Virus record (IMG/VR): IMGVR_UViG_3300009506_003033
Coordinates: 20,499-84,498 of that record
DNA length: 64,000 bases
Reading direction: 5' to 3' (one strand)
Source of the DNA: a virus
Part shown: one piece after another, positions 46,103 to 56,917 of the stretch
Layout of the letters: each line of letters starts with the position of its first letter
Numbering within the stretch: position 1 is the stretch's first letter
Made by a program: the position numbers and the translations under genes
The notes under the pieces: model-generated
The model's input: only the letters and a program-made list of their open reading frames with translations
Databases searched by the model: none
Told to the model about the DNA's origin: nothing

Positions 46103-48163
46103 ATGGAGAATCTTGCAGCGAATATCTCAGGTCGCGTTCGGCGTACCACTCTGCACGGACGACCGCATCTGGTCGTGCCTCTGACGATGATTGTTCCTGG
46201 GGTTCTCAACGGATCTCAGGGGCCTCTTCTCTATGAATTGGAAGACATCAAGGCAGATCCTTCCGCTTGGAACGGTATGCCTGTGGTCGTCTATCATCCC
46301 CACAAAAACGGGCAGCAAGTCAGCGCTCGTGATCCAGATGTACTCGAAAAACAACAGGTGGGAATGGTTCTCCAGACTGCTGCAAACGGCAAGCTGAGGG
46401 CCAATGCCTGGTTGGATGAAGCACGCCTCAAGCAGGTTGATTCTCGGATTCTCAACGATCTGGACAAAGGCAAACCTGTTGAAATCTCAACGGGGCTCTT
46501 CGTCGAAAAGGAATCGAAGAGGGGAACCTTCAACGGAAAAGAGTATGTCGCTGTGGCCCGCAACTACCGTCCAGATCACTTGGCGATCCTACCGGATCAA
46601 GTGGGTGCCTGCTCCGTCAAAGATGGATGTGGTTTGCTCGTCAACAAACACGATTTGCAATCGGTGGCCAACATGCTGGTAGACAACCCCAAAGGCGAAT
46701 GGCAACCGCCAGAATCAGGTGACGCCCCGGATGAAGTCAAGCGGATATTGCAAACCGTCTACTCGCAATGGCGGGACAAACATCCGACCGAGAATCCAAG
46801 AGTCAAAGCTCAGGGAGCCAAAATTGCTTGGGGTGCTGTGGCTAAGGCTGGATGGTCAAAAGATGAGAACGGGGAGTGGCACAAGAAAGAAACACAAAAT
46901 GTAAATCTAACGAAAAAAGATGGCAGCACGAGTTTTCCTGCTAGTGCATATGCCTACGTGCCAGATCCCGAGAAGCCCAGCACGTGGAAGCTAAGAATAG
47001 ACGACGCTGCGCACGTGGGTGGATCCATTGTTGAGATCAGTGCGCAGAAAGTGTCGATTCCCGCCAAGGACATGCCTGCTGTCAAGGCGAAGATACGGGC
47101 CGCTTGGCTCAAGTACCATCCCGACGAAGGTCGGAACGGTTTACCAGAACCAATACGCAATTTAGGAGGAGGCCACGATATGGCTGAACTCACAGTAGAT
47201 GACAGGACTCAAATGATCGAGGACCTGATCGGAAACTGCGACGGTTGTTGGAACGAGGATCAACGAGGCATTCTCGAAGGGTTCTCCGACGAACAGCTCG
47301 CCGCACAGCATCAGTTGCTTGAAAACGCCATGTCTGCCAAGGAAAAGAAAAAGACCTTGGAAGAGATGAGTGACGAGGAACTGGAGAACGAACTGAAGAC
47401 GCGGCGCAAGGCCGCGGAACCCGCGAAGAACGAATTCACTCCGCCGGCGAATGCCGAGGATTGGTTTCGCAACGCACCAGAGAGTGTCCAGGAGACATTC
47501 AAGGTGGCGGCAACGATTGAGAAGCGGGAGAAGGATGGCATCATCGACAAGCTCACGGCTAATTTGAGTGGGCCCGAGAAATCCATTCACCGCGAGAGAT
47601 TGCATCAGCGGTCGCTGGCTGAACTGCAAGAGGATTTGTCGTTGCTGCCGAAACCGGAACCGACACCCGAACCGATACCGGCCACTAACGAGGCACCGGA
47701 TTGGGCCAAGGAAGCGGTTGCCATTGCACGAACTGGGCCGCCGATCGTTGACGACGAGCCATTGGGATTGCCTACCATGGACACCGGAAAAACGAAATCG
47801 CCTGCCACGGCGGTTACCGTCGGGAACGTCGATCCGACAGTTCTTAGCCAGCTTCCTGCCCAGTTGCAGGAAATGGTCCGGAATGCGGCTGCGATCGAGA
47901 AGCGACAACGAGCTGAACTGATTCAGCAAATCGTGGCCAACGTCGAAGGCAACGAGCGGTATCGGATCGAAGACCGATTGACAAGCAAGTCGATTGACGA
48001 ACTGAAAGACTTGCTGATTCTTCGGGGCGGGACACAGCCGCCACGCAAGCCGAACTATCGCGGGGCCGCGAGCCCTCTCAGCAACGTGTCTTCTACTGTG
48101 CTGGAAGACGAAAACGACATCCTGCCGCTTCCAACCATGAGCTACGAGAAGAAGCAGGCGTGA
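46103..48163 (+). CDS. DUF2213-type prohead protease/scaffold with ChaB-like insert
   Basis: WNGMPVVVYHP, EISTG, PDHLAILP..GACS; AKIAWGAVAKAGWSKDENGEW; helical C-terminus. Confidence 0.8.
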   Translation: MENLAANISGRVRRTTLHGRPHLVVPLTMIVPGVLNGSQGPLLYELEDIKADPSAWNGMPVVVYHPHKNGQQVSARDPDVLEKQQVGMVLQTAANGKLRANAWLDEARLKQVDSRILNDLDKGKPVEISTGLFVEKESKRGTFNGKEYVAVARNYRPDHLAILPDQVGACSVKDGCGLLVNKHDLQSVANMLVDNPKGEWQPPESGDAPDEVKRILQTVYSQWRDKHPTENPRVKAQGAKIAWGAVAKAGWSKDENGEWHKKETQNVNLTKKDGSTSFPASAYAYVPDPEKPSTWKLRIDDAAHVGGSIVEISAQKVSIPAKDMPAVKAKIRAAWLKYHPDEGRNGLPEPIRNLGGGHDMAELTVDDRTQMIEDLIGNCDGCWNEDQRGILEGFSDEQLAAQHQLLENAMSAKEKKKTLEEMSDEELENELKTRRKAAEPAKNEFTPPANAEDWFRNAPESVQETFKVAATIEKREKDGIIDKLTANLSGPEKSIHRERLHQRSLAELQEDLSLLPKPEPTPEPIPATNEAPDWAKEAVAIARTGPPIVDDEPLGLPTMDTGKTKSPATAVTVGNVDPTVLSQLPAQLQEMVRNAAAIEKRQRAELIQQIVANVEGNERYRIEDRLTSKSIDELKDLLILRGGTQPPRKPNYRGAASPLSNVSSTVLEDENDILPLPTMSYEKKQA

Positions 48164-48202
48164 TTCAGGACAATCATCCTCATTTCATAGGAGATACAAG
48201 TT

Positions 48203-48697
48203 ATGGCGAAGGGTAACGGAATTATTGTGAGCGGAGAACCCAAGGGGGTATACAAGGAGGGGATCGTCTCCGGAACTCCGAAGCCGGGCACCATCATGGA
48301 AATGGTGCCTGCAACAGCAGATGTAAACGGACATTTCACTTGGGCCGTATATGGCACTGATACTTCTTCAACTGGAGCAGTATCGGCAGATGGCGACAGA
48401 GCGCCGATCGTCGTGCTGTTATCCGATCCAACGAAAGGTCCGACGACAGCATATGCTGACGGCGATAACTGCTTTCTTTATTGCCCGATCATGGGCGAAG
48501 AGCTAAATGTGTTGATGCAGGGATCGTCCGGAACTGAGGGATCTCCGTGCATCGGTGATAAGTTCATCGTGGACGACGGAACAGGTGAACTCATCCTGAC
48601 TACTGGGACTGTAGAGGCTGAGCCTTTCATTGCCTTGGAAGCAGTGACAGAACCTGCCGCGGACACATTGGTTTGGTGCATGTACACGGGCTACTAA
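48203..48697 (+). CDS. Head decoration/cement protein
   Basis: Position between scaffold and capsid; PKPG..Y.DGD..GEE pattern. Confidence 0.65.
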   Translation: MAKGNGIIVSGEPKGVYKEGIVSGTPKPGTIMEMVPATADVNGHFTWAVYGTDTSSTGAVSADGDRAPIVVLLSDPTKGPTTAYADGDNCFLYCPIMGEELNVLMQGSSGTEGSPCIGDKFIVDDGTGELILTTGTVEAEPFIALEAVTEPAADTLVWCMYTGY

Positions 48698-48746
48698 TCG
48701 GCTGAGGCCGTTTTTCTTTTAACCTCAACAAAGGAGGCCATACACG

Positions 48747-49913
48747 ATGTATATCGACAGCATGATCTACAACGGCCAAGGCTACGGACCCGTGGGGGAA
48801 GCCCTGGCTGGTTGCCACTGGGATTGCGGGCTGCTTCGCCCTTACCGAGACGAGCGGGGCAGGCCGTGCGTAACGATGAACACAACCGAGGGGCCGAAGA
48901 AGCGGCTGATCGGAGAGATTCTCAACCAGGGGATTCCAGTCCCCGTCAACAATGCCACTCTGCTACGAAAAGATGAGTGGCTCAAAATGGATGAGACGGT
49001 TGGCGAAGCGGCACGAGCTAGATTACGAGCTTGGTCTGATCTAGCGGCGTCCAGCACGTATTCCGGCTTCGATGGCATGACGAAACTCGTATTGGAACGA
49101 GAGCAGATGTCGGATGTTGGGGAGGCCGTGCAGGACATGGACGGGCTTACTGAGGGTCGGCATGACCAGCCGATGTTCGGAGTCGATGCGACGCCGTTGG
49201 CCATCACGCACGTCGATTTTCATTTTTCGATGCGGTGGCTGTCAGTCAGTCGGCAAGGAGGAATGCCACTCGATACGCGGATGGCTGCCATGGCCGGACG
49301 CCGAGTTGCCGAACTGGTTGAGCAGCAGACCATCGGATCTGCGACTGGAATGACGTTCGGGACTGCGCAATATGCGGGATTCCCATCAGGTGGTTATGGT
49401 GCGGCTGCGATGACCAGTCAGCCAGCATCGTATGGATATCTGAACTTCCCGGCTCGGCTTACTCATGATCTGATGACGCAACCCACCGGGGCGAACGGCA
49501 CGACAGTCATGGGTGAATGGCTTGATTGTCTGGAACTGTTGTATGCGGCGAACTTTCATGGGCCTTTCATGGCCTACGTGGATGCCAGCTATCAGCAGTA
49601 TCTAGACGATGACTACAAGACCAACAGCGACAAGACGCTCCGTCAGAGGCTGTTGGAGATCGATGCCATCAGTGACATTCGCAAGCTGGACTACATGACG
49701 ACTACGGCAACCGGCAAGGGTGCCACTGTCGTGTTCGTCCAGATGACATCCGACGTCGCCCGTGCCGTCATCGGAATGCCCATTACTACGGTGCAGTGGG
49801 ACAGCCGGGGAGGCATGCAGCTGAACTTCAAGGTCATGGCGATCATGACGCCGCAGTTGTTCGTCGACTACAACGGCAACTGTGGGATTCTGGTGGCCAG
49901 GACCGCAGCCTAA
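48747..49913 (+). CDS. Major capsid protein (HK97 fold)
   Basis: LRKDEW..D..V, PL.ITH.DF, R.VAE..E, YGYLNFP; size and position. Confidence 0.85.
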   Translation: MYIDSMIYNGQGYGPVGEALAGCHWDCGLLRPYRDERGRPCVTMNTTEGPKKRLIGEILNQGIPVPVNNATLLRKDEWLKMDETVGEAARARLRAWSDLAASSTYSGFDGMTKLVLEREQMSDVGEAVQDMDGLTEGRHDQPMFGVDATPLAITHVDFHFSMRWLSVSRQGGMPLDTRMAAMAGRRVAELVEQQTIGSATGMTFGTAQYAGFPSGGYGAAAMTSQPASYGYLNFPARLTHDLMTQPTGANGTTVMGEWLDCLELLYAANFHGPFMAYVDASYQQYLDDDYKTNSDKTLRQRLLEIDAISDIRKLDYMTTTATGKGATVVFVQMTSDVARAVIGMPITTVQWDSRGGMQLNFKVMAIMTPQLFVDYNGNCGILVARTAA

Positions 49914-49925
49914 CTGGAGGACGCC

Positions 49926-50126
49926 ATGAGCACAACGTACGTCTATAAGGAATACACCGACGCTTACGGTGAGGCACTTGATTCCGTGGTGATCGACCAT
50001 AACACGATGACTGCCCAAGAGGCTGCGGCGAAGTTGGCTGCGATGATCGTCAATTACGTGGACCACAACGGGATGACTGACAGTGCCACGATGATTATTT
50101 CAACGTCAGCGCTGACGACGAATTGA
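49926..50126 (+). CDS. Small structural protein
   Basis: GGAGG RBS after the capsid gene. Confidence 0.55.
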   Translation: MSTTYVYKEYTDAYGEALDSVVIDHNTMTAQEAAAKLAAMIVNYVDHNGMTDSATMIISTSALTTN

Positions 50127-50146
50127 CTTCTCCCTTTCTACCGCTG

Positions 50147-50181
50147 TGGGCACGGGGAGTTAGGACCCCGTGCCCATTTTT
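50147..50181 (+). terminator. Rho-independent terminator
   Basis: TGGGCACGGGG/CCCCGTGCCCA followed by TTTTT. Confidence 0.75.
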
Positions 50182-50205
50182 CAACATTTGGACAAGGAGC
50201 ATGAC

Positions 50206-50604
50206 ATGGCATTGTTTCGTCTTCTCTTCGGTAAGCACGTCGGTCCCGGTCCCAGCAATTGTGATTGTGAACGCTGCACAGCTGATGCTGAACGGACGAA
50301 AAACAAAGAACTTTTTAAAGGAGTAAAGGGACACATTTACAACCGCGGAGATATCGTTGAAAGCGACAAGGATCTGGTGTCCAGATTTCCGAATAAATTT
50401 CAGATGGTGGATGCTTCAGGCAGGGTTGTAGAGACGCAGATGCGGCCTATTACTAGTAGCAACGAGCCGCGAGATTTTCTCAACACGATGACCAAGCAAG
50501 AACTGACCGATTATGCGGCCGGAGAAGAAATCGATCTCGCAGGCTGCAACACCAAACCAGAGATCATGCAGGCCATCAGGATGGCCGTGGGAGCTGCGGA
50601 CTGA
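50206..50604 (+). CDS. Head-associated protein with C-terminal Rho-N/HeH-like domain
   Basis: MTKQELTDYA..IDL..TKPEIMQAI. Confidence 0.6.
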   Translation: MALFRLLFGKHVGPGPSNCDCERCTADAERTKNKELFKGVKGHIYNRGDIVESDKDLVSRFPNKFQMVDASGRVVETQMRPITSSNEPRDFLNTMTKQELTDYAAGEEIDLAGCNTKPEIMQAIRMAVGAAD

Positions 50605-50605
50605 C

Positions 50606-51019
50606 ATGGCTTATCGGGTGGGAGAGGACGAGGTGAGGGTGTTGTTGCCCGGAGGAGGTGACAGCACCCTTGCTATTGTTCCGTTCATCGCTCAAGCACA
50701 TGTGTTAACCAATGTGATCGACGCTTGTGCGGAAGATATGGGCGTTGAACTTGCTGACGATGAATTATGGCTAATAGAGAGCAACTACGCGGCATATCTC
50801 TATGTCGATGCTGATCCAAGTCATTATCGCAGCAAAAAAACCATGGATGCTTCCGCGTCTTATGCGCAAAAAGAAAACCATCCATATCTGGATACCATCA
50901 AAAAGCTTCTTGGCCCACTCGGAATACTCAACTGCCTCGAGAACAAGGGTGGCGTGATCGATTTGTTTTGGGCCGGCCTGCCTCCTAGCGAACAGACGGA
51001 TTATGTGGACAGGGATTGA
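50606..51019 (+). CDS. Head-tail adaptor
   Basis: Position; FIAQA..L.LIE..YAA pattern. Confidence 0.6.
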   Translation: MAYRVGEDEVRVLLPGGGDSTLAIVPFIAQAHVLTNVIDACAEDMGVELADDELWLIESNYAAYLYVDADPSHYRSKKTMDASASYAQKENHPYLDTIKKLLGPLGILNCLENKGGVIDLFWAGLPPSEQTDYVDRD

Positions 51020-51025
51020 TGACCG

Positions 51026-51406
51026 ATGCCATACATGGAGGAAACCGACCGCTATCAAAAAGCCCTGTTGTGGCAGCGGACCGGTTACGACAGCGAAGGA
51101 GCGGCGTTGGTGTCTGCGAGAGAAGAACTCACAGTACGGTGGGAAGATCACAAGTTCGAGCGACGGGATGCACTCGGCAACATAACCACGTATGACGCTA
51201 GGGTGCATGTCGTGAAGGATAACATCCCCATAGGGTCGATCATGTGGCAGGGCGGCGAGGATGATGTAGTTGGGACTGGAGATCCCGACAGCGATCTATT
51301 CGAGGTGCAAACCTATCATGAAGTGCCCGACATAAAGGACCGCGTTCGGCGTCGAGTCGTATACCTTCTCCGGTATCACAACTCTCTGCCAGACTACGCA
51401 AGTTGA
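51026..51406 (+). CDS. Head closure protein
   Basis: Position; VRWED..A.V.V..IPIGS. Confidence 0.6.
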   Translation: MPYMEETDRYQKALLWQRTGYDSEGAALVSAREELTVRWEDHKFERRDALGNITTYDARVHVVKDNIPIGSIMWQGGEDDVVGTGDPDSDLFEVQTYHEVPDIKDRVRRRVVYLLRYHNSLPDYAS

Positions 51407-51460
51407 CAAGGTGCCTGGCGTCTGGCAGATGTCGACAATCACGGAATTGCGTAGTGTAGG

Positions 51461-54400
51461 GTGGCATTCACACTAGACAACTCGACGCAAGGTGCATATA
51501 GCACCGACGATCCACAAACGACCAGCCACACATGTGCAGTCGGGGCGGATTTGCTGGTGTTGCGGATCTTCGTCAACGGCACAAATGCAAGGACGGGTGG
51601 TGCTCCATCTTATGCTGGCCAGCCAATGACGGATTCCGGACAGGGATTCGTTGCCGGAAATGAAGATGGATGTGAGTTGTGGTATATCTTGGCTCCTGCA
51701 TCTGGAGCCAACAATGTTAGCATTCCTAATACTAGCCCATCCAAGAATATCCAGGCCAGTATTACTTCTTATTTTGCTGGTGCTGGCAATGATGCTGCCT
51801 TCGACAACGACAATTCAGGCACTGGCGATTCGCAGAATCCGTCTATATCTCTCAGCACGGGAGTGAACAATTGCCTTATTGATGCCGTGGTGGCCTCATC
51901 AGACAGGGATCCACCGACAGTTGGAACGGCGGAGTCATATGTTCTCGTCCACACGCTTGATGTTGGGAACCAGACATGGGGGAGTGAATATGCGTTGGAT
52001 GTGGGTGCATCCGGAGCACAAACGGTTGATTTTCACACACTTCGCAGCGATCAATGGGCGTTGATCGCCGCATCATTCAAAGAAATCGCAGCGGCAGTAC
52101 CCTCTGTATCTCCAAGCGTGTCACCTACGGGTTCACCGTCAGCATCTCCGTCAGCATCTCCATCAGCGTCTCCGAGTGCATCACCGTCGGTCTCCCCGAG
52201 TTTATCACCGTCGGCATCTCCCACGGCGTCGCCTTCGGCATCTCCATCTGTTTCGCCCAGTTTATCTCCGAGTCTTTCACCAAGTGTTTCTCCAAGTCTC
52301 TCGCCGTCGGCGAGTCCGACTGCATCTCCGTCCGCATCGCCAAGTCTTTCGCCATCTGGTTCACCATCGGCGTCTCCAAGTTTGTCGCCATCATTATCAC
52401 CCAGTTTATCCCCGTCCGCATCTCCATCGCCCAGTTTATCTCCTTCACTTTCGCCATCAGCATCACCTAGTGTATCACCGAGCGGATCTCCCAGTGCATC
52501 TCCTTCAGTTAGCCCCAGTGCATCGCCTTCGGCTAGTCCTAGCGTATCGCCATCATTGTCTCCAAGTTTATCGCCATCAGCATCACCGAGCCTTTCACCC
52601 AGTTTGTCTCCGTCGGCTTCGCCTAGCGTATCGCCATCATTGTCACCGAGCATATCGCCGTCGGTATCGCCTTCACCGAGCATGTCGCCGTCGGCCTCAC
52701 CTAGTCTTTCTCCATCGGCGTCACCGAGTGCTTCTCCATCAGCGTCACCATCGGTGTCACCATCGATATCGCCTTCACCAAGTCTATCACCGTCCGCATC
52801 GTCATCTATTGCACCGAGTAATGATTTTAGTGGCGATCCACATTGCGTCGCATTGTGGAAGTTAGAATCAAGTGCTCTCACAGTAGATTCCATTGGTACT
52901 AACACGCTCACTAATCACAATGTCGCCGAAGACACCGGGGATTACAAAGAAGGTGCGTGTAGCGGTGACTTCGTAGCTGCCAGTACGGCTTATCTCGATA
53001 TAACGGATGCTAATCTTGATAGTGGATTCCCGCTGAAAAGCGGCGAATCGAACAAAGCAATCTCCATATGCTTCTGGGTAAAGTGGGACAGCTTCGCGGT
53101 TTACAATATCGACAGTTTATTTGCCAAATGGAATGCACCCAACGACAGGTCATTTACCGTCCGTAGATACAGTACCCAAGTGGATCTGATAATCGGGCAC
53201 ACGGGTGGTACCGATTTTGAAACTGTGACTCATGCATCTGCGGTTCAGACGGGCCGATGGTATCACATCGGAGCGACGTTTGATGATTCAACAAAGGCCT
53301 ATAGAATCCGAATTTGGGATGACACTGCCGGCTCAATTCTCGGTGTAGATAAAACTGGCAATACAACAAACAACATCTCAATAACAACTGCGGATCTGCA
53401 AATTGGACAACAATCCGCATATTATTTAGATGGTCGTGGCGATGAGATCGTTGTATTTGACGACATTCTCTCTGCAGATGAAATAGACGAGATACGGCAA
53501 GGTCTCTATGCTCCGACCGGTCCCTCGCTATCTCCATCTGCGTCACCGAGTCAGTCTCCATCAGGATCACCGTCTGCATCACCATCAGCCAGCCCTAGTC
53601 TGTCCCCGAGTTTATCGCCATCAATTTCCCCAAGTGTATCTCCATCAGCAAGTCCGTCTGCATCACCTTCGGGATCTCCATCAGCATCGCCTAGCGTATC
53701 GCCTTCGATATCACCTAGTTTATCGCCTTCCATATCTCCATCACCGAGCATATCTCCATCGGCAAGTGCTGTTCCTCCGTCGGTATCGCCGAGCTTATCA
53801 CCGAGCATATCGCCGTCCGGATCGATAGTACCCAGTTGGTCTCCGGGAGCTAGTCCGAGCCCGAGCATTAGTCCGTCACCATCTGTCTCGCCTAGCCTAT
53901 CACCATCGATATCACCCAGTCCGTCTATATCTCCTAGTGCTAGCCCAACAGTCAGTCCCAGTCCATCATTATCGCCGAGTGCCAGCCCTTCCGGATTGGC
54001 AGACTTCCTGACGATAACGATAGACAACAGCGGCAAGGGAGCATATACCGATGTGCAACTCTCTTGTGACATTACAGCTGCACCGGGGATGCGAAATGAT
54101 TTCAGGGATCTCAGATTATATGACGGCGCATCCCCAGTAGCATTCGAGCTGTCAGAAATTGTCGATAGCACATCTTGCGAATTGTGGTTCAAGTGGACTC
54201 AGGGTGCCGACGACATAGATGAACTGCAATTGTGGTATAGGCCGGATCGGCCAGATGGTGGAGATGGTGCCTCGGTATTTCAGCTCTACGATGATTTCGA
54301 GTCAACGTTTGGCTATGAGAGATTAAATCCTGCCACATATCAAACGACACCAACTCCAGATCTTACTGGGCAAGGTGTCCATCCATCGGTAATCAAGTTC

Positions 54401-56893
54401 GATTCGCCGTGGCCAGACGAGAGCGGATGGATGTATTGGATGGCATTCACTCCATATGCCAATAGCGATCCAGCAAAGGAACTTCCATGCGTAGTCGTGA
54501 GTGACGACGGCGAAACTTGGGAAAATCCGCCAGGCACGGCGTTCAACCCTATCAACGATCCCGCGACCGGTGTCAATAGTGATCCATGCATCGTGTATGA
54601 CGACGATCAGGATGAGATCGTAGTCTACTACAATTGGCACGACGACGTTGATCACAAGACGTGCATGCGGACCATCGATACCAATCTGGATGTGTCCGCA
54701 GAGATTACCGTGCTTCTCAGTGATTACGCTGTCACGAGAGAAGCGGCACCCAGCGTGGTAAAGATCGGTGTCCAGTGGTTCAACTGGGGCGTGGAACTCA
54801 TCGATTCGATGATGAGGATATTCTATCGTCCGATGAACAGCCGATCTTCGATGGATTTGGCCAGACAATACATCACTTGGGACAGCAACGAAGTATCCAA
54901 TCCATGGCATTGCAGCATACGATACGATGCGGACAATGCTGAATATGTGATGATCATCGTCACCGGCAATGGCGGTGCCGGGCCGATATACATGGCCCAT
55001 TCAGATGATCGACTTCATTGGGACGGATATCCATATCCATTGCTGCGCCCAGGATTCAGCACGGCTTGGGATTGGAAGTTGTATCATCCCACCATCTTAT
55101 TAGACGGCGATGACTACAGAATTTGGTATTCGGCCTACAACGATTCTGGTGGACCAGTTGTATGGAGGATCGGATATGGAGAAACCACTCGCACCGAAGC
55201 GATAAACCGAGTCAACGGTACTGGCGCGCCTCCAGACAACGATTGGACGTATACGAACGTCTACACGGCGGGATGGCATCGTGACGGCAGAAGAAATTCC
55301 AGGCGATCGTACTGCGGAACATTCGAGGGATGGAGCGGACAGTATACACTCAAATCTGTGCCGAGCCCGCACACGTTTTATCAGGAATGCATGTTCTATG
55401 ATAATGTCGAATCGTTCAAATTCAACTTGTTTCTCGTCTACAATGGTTCGCAAACAGCGGGGATGGGTGTCAATTGGGACACATCTACGACTAAGTATGT
55501 TTACAAAGACAAGGTAGGTGCATACACAGCGAGTGCGATAAATCGATCGGCAGGATGGCATAGATTCAGCATACTTGTTGAATCGGATGATAGCATCACT
55601 TTCTATGTCGACGACGTTGAAGCCGGCAGTCTAGCAGGCCAATTCTCCGATGTCACTCACGCCAGAGTCCACGGTGATGGACAAGTGCAAGTGGATGAAC
55701 TTTGGGTGCGAAAGTACCTAGCCGACATGCCGGTGGTGACGTTAGGAAATCCACCGAGCGCGAGTCCATCCCTCAGTCCATCGGCGTCGCCATCTGCATC
55801 GCCATCTTTGAGTCCAAGTGCCAGTCCGAGCATCAGCCCGAGCCCGAGTCTCAGCCCAAGTGTTAGCCCGAGCCCGAGCATCAGTCCGAGTGCTAGTGCG
55901 GTGCCACCGTCGGTTAGTCCGAGTTTGTCACCATCTGCATCACCTTCTCTGTCGCCATCTTTGAGTCCATCGCTGTCACCGTCAGTATCTCCATCTTTGA
56001 GCCCATCGGCAAGTCCGTCTCCTTCGATATCACCTTCGATATCACCTTCCGCATCGCCATCTCTCAGCCCGTCGATGTCACCATCAGCATCGCCGTCTTT
56101 GAGCCCGTCGGTATCTCCGACGGCATCGCCGTCGGCATCGCCTTCAGTGTCACCATCTTTATCCCCGACCGCATCGCCGTCGATTTCGCCATCACCTTCG
56201 GCTTCTATTTCAGCGTCGCCATCGGCGTCACCGTCTCTCAGTCCATCAGTTTCACCTTCGCTCAGTCCATCAGCATCGCCGTCATTGAGTCCATCGCTAT
56301 CTCCATCGGTGTCGCCTTCCCTCAGTCCATCGGTGTCACCGTCTCTCAGTCCATCGTTATCGCCTTCGGTATCTCCGTCTCTAAGTCCATCGTTGTCACC
56401 ATCGGCATCACCCTCGGTCAGTCCGTCGCCATCGCTATCGCCGTCAGCCAGCCCGAGTGCATCCCCGTCGATAAGAGGCGTGCTCTCTGGCACGTTATCA
56501 ATTACCACGAGATTGTCTGCGACATTGGGCATCGGCAGCCGACTAACCGCTACAATAGGAGTCAACAATATGTCCATTCCGACGCTTTACATATCGGAAG
56601 ACAACCGATTCAGAATCACTGGCCTGAAAGACGTAGAGGAAGACGAATACGTCAACAATGCCACGGGAACATGGGAAGTTCAAACCAGGACCGGTGGAAG
56701 TATCGAGGGAGCATCTGGCGACATGACTTACCTCACAGGGACCAATGGAAATTACGTTGGATACATGGATTCAGCCGTTGCTGCATTACTCACGGAGGTC
56801 GGTAGATATCGGGTGATTATATCGATGACCAGCGACGGGCGCGATTTGTATCGTTTATTGAGCGTTCCAGCAGCATATCATGGCACCGTATAG
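51461..56893 (+). CDS. Giant virion-associated protein: SPSX repeats, LamG, DUF2341-like and glycosidase-like propeller domains
   Basis: WYHIGATFD/DEIVVFD (LamG), DFRDLR (DUF2341-like), VHPSV..WMAFTPY (propeller); three Ser-Pro blocks. Confidence 0.8.
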   Translation: MAFTLDNSTQGAYSTDDPQTTSHTCAVGADLLVLRIFVNGTNARTGGAPSYAGQPMTDSGQGFVAGNEDGCELWYILAPASGANNVSIPNTSPSKNIQASITSYFAGAGNDAAFDNDNSGTGDSQNPSISLSTGVNNCLIDAVVASSDRDPPTVGTAESYVLVHTLDVGNQTWGSEYALDVGASGAQTVDFHTLRSDQWALIAASFKEIAAAVPSVSPSVSPTGSPSASPSASPSASPSASPSVSPSLSPSASPTASPSASPSVSPSLSPSLSPSVSPSLSPSASPTASPSASPSLSPSGSPSASPSLSPSLSPSLSPSASPSPSLSPSLSPSASPSVSPSGSPSASPSVSPSASPSASPSVSPSLSPSLSPSASPSLSPSLSPSASPSVSPSLSPSISPSVSPSPSMSPSASPSLSPSASPSASPSASPSVSPSISPSPSLSPSASSSIAPSNDFSGDPHCVALWKLESSALTVDSIGTNTLTNHNVAEDTGDYKEGACSGDFVAASTAYLDITDANLDSGFPLKSGESNKAISICFWVKWDSFAVYNIDSLFAKWNAPNDRSFTVRRYSTQVDLIIGHTGGTDFETVTHASAVQTGRWYHIGATFDDSTKAYRIRIWDDTAGSILGVDKTGNTTNNISITTADLQIGQQSAYYLDGRGDEIVVFDDILSADEIDEIRQGLYAPTGPSLSPSASPSQSPSGSPSASPSASPSLSPSLSPSISPSVSPSASPSASPSGSPSASPSVSPSISPSLSPSISPSPSISPSASAVPPSVSPSLSPSISPSGSIVPSWSPGASPSPSISPSPSVSPSLSPSISPSPSISPSASPTVSPSPSLSPSASPSGLADFLTITIDNSGKGAYTDVQLSCDITAAPGMRNDFRDLRLYDGASPVAFELSEIVDSTSCELWFKWTQGADDIDELQLWYRPDRPDGGDGASVFQLYDDFESTFGYERLNPATYQTTPTPDLTGQGVHPSVIKFDSPWPDESGWMYWMAFTPYANSDPAKELPCVVVSDDGETWENPPGTAFNPINDPATGVNSDPCIVYDDDQDEIVVYYNWHDDVDHKTCMRTIDTNLDVSAEITVLLSDYAVTREAAPSVVKIGVQWFNWGVELIDSMMRIFYRPMNSRSSMDLARQYITWDSNEVSNPWHCSIRYDADNAEYVMIIVTGNGGAGPIYMAHSDDRLHWDGYPYPLLRPGFSTAWDWKLYHPTILLDGDDYRIWYSAYNDSGGPVVWRIGYGETTRTEAINRVNGTGAPPDNDWTYTNVYTAGWHRDGRRNSRRSYCGTFEGWSGQYTLKSVPSPHTFYQECMFYDNVESFKFNLFLVYNGSQTAGMGVNWDTSTTKYVYKDKVGAYTASAINRSAGWHRFSILVESDDSITFYVDDVEAGSLAGQFSDVTHARVHGDGQVQVDELWVRKYLADMPVVTLGNPPSASPSLSPSASPSASPSLSPSASPSISPSPSLSPSVSPSPSISPSASAVPPSVSPSLSPSASPSLSPSLSPSLSPSVSPSLSPSASPSPSISPSISPSASPSLSPSMSPSASPSLSPSVSPTASPSASPSVSPSLSPTASPSISPSPSASISASPSASPSLSPSVSPSLSPSASPSLSPSLSPSVSPSLSPSVSPSLSPSLSPSVSPSLSPSLSPSASPSVSPSPSLSPSASPSASPSIRGVLSGTLSITTRLSATLGIGSRLTATIGVNNMSIPTLYISEDNRFRITGLKDVEEDEYVNNATGTWEVQTRTGGSIEGASGDMTYLTGTNGNYVGYMDSAVAALLTEVGRYRVIISMTSDGRDLYRLLSVPAAYHGTV
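52100..56472 (+). repeat. Three coding (S-P-S-X)n low-complexity blocks
   Basis: About 52100-52800, 53520-53990 and 55753-56472; synonymous codons are diversified. Confidence 0.9.
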
Positions 56894-56917
56894 GAGCTGC
56901 AAAGATGGGGGGCAACC

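Noticed and set aside
52051-56577. Minus-strand GD-repeat ORFs and His/Arg-rich alternative-frame ORFs
   Set aside because: Shadows of the SPSX coding repeats.
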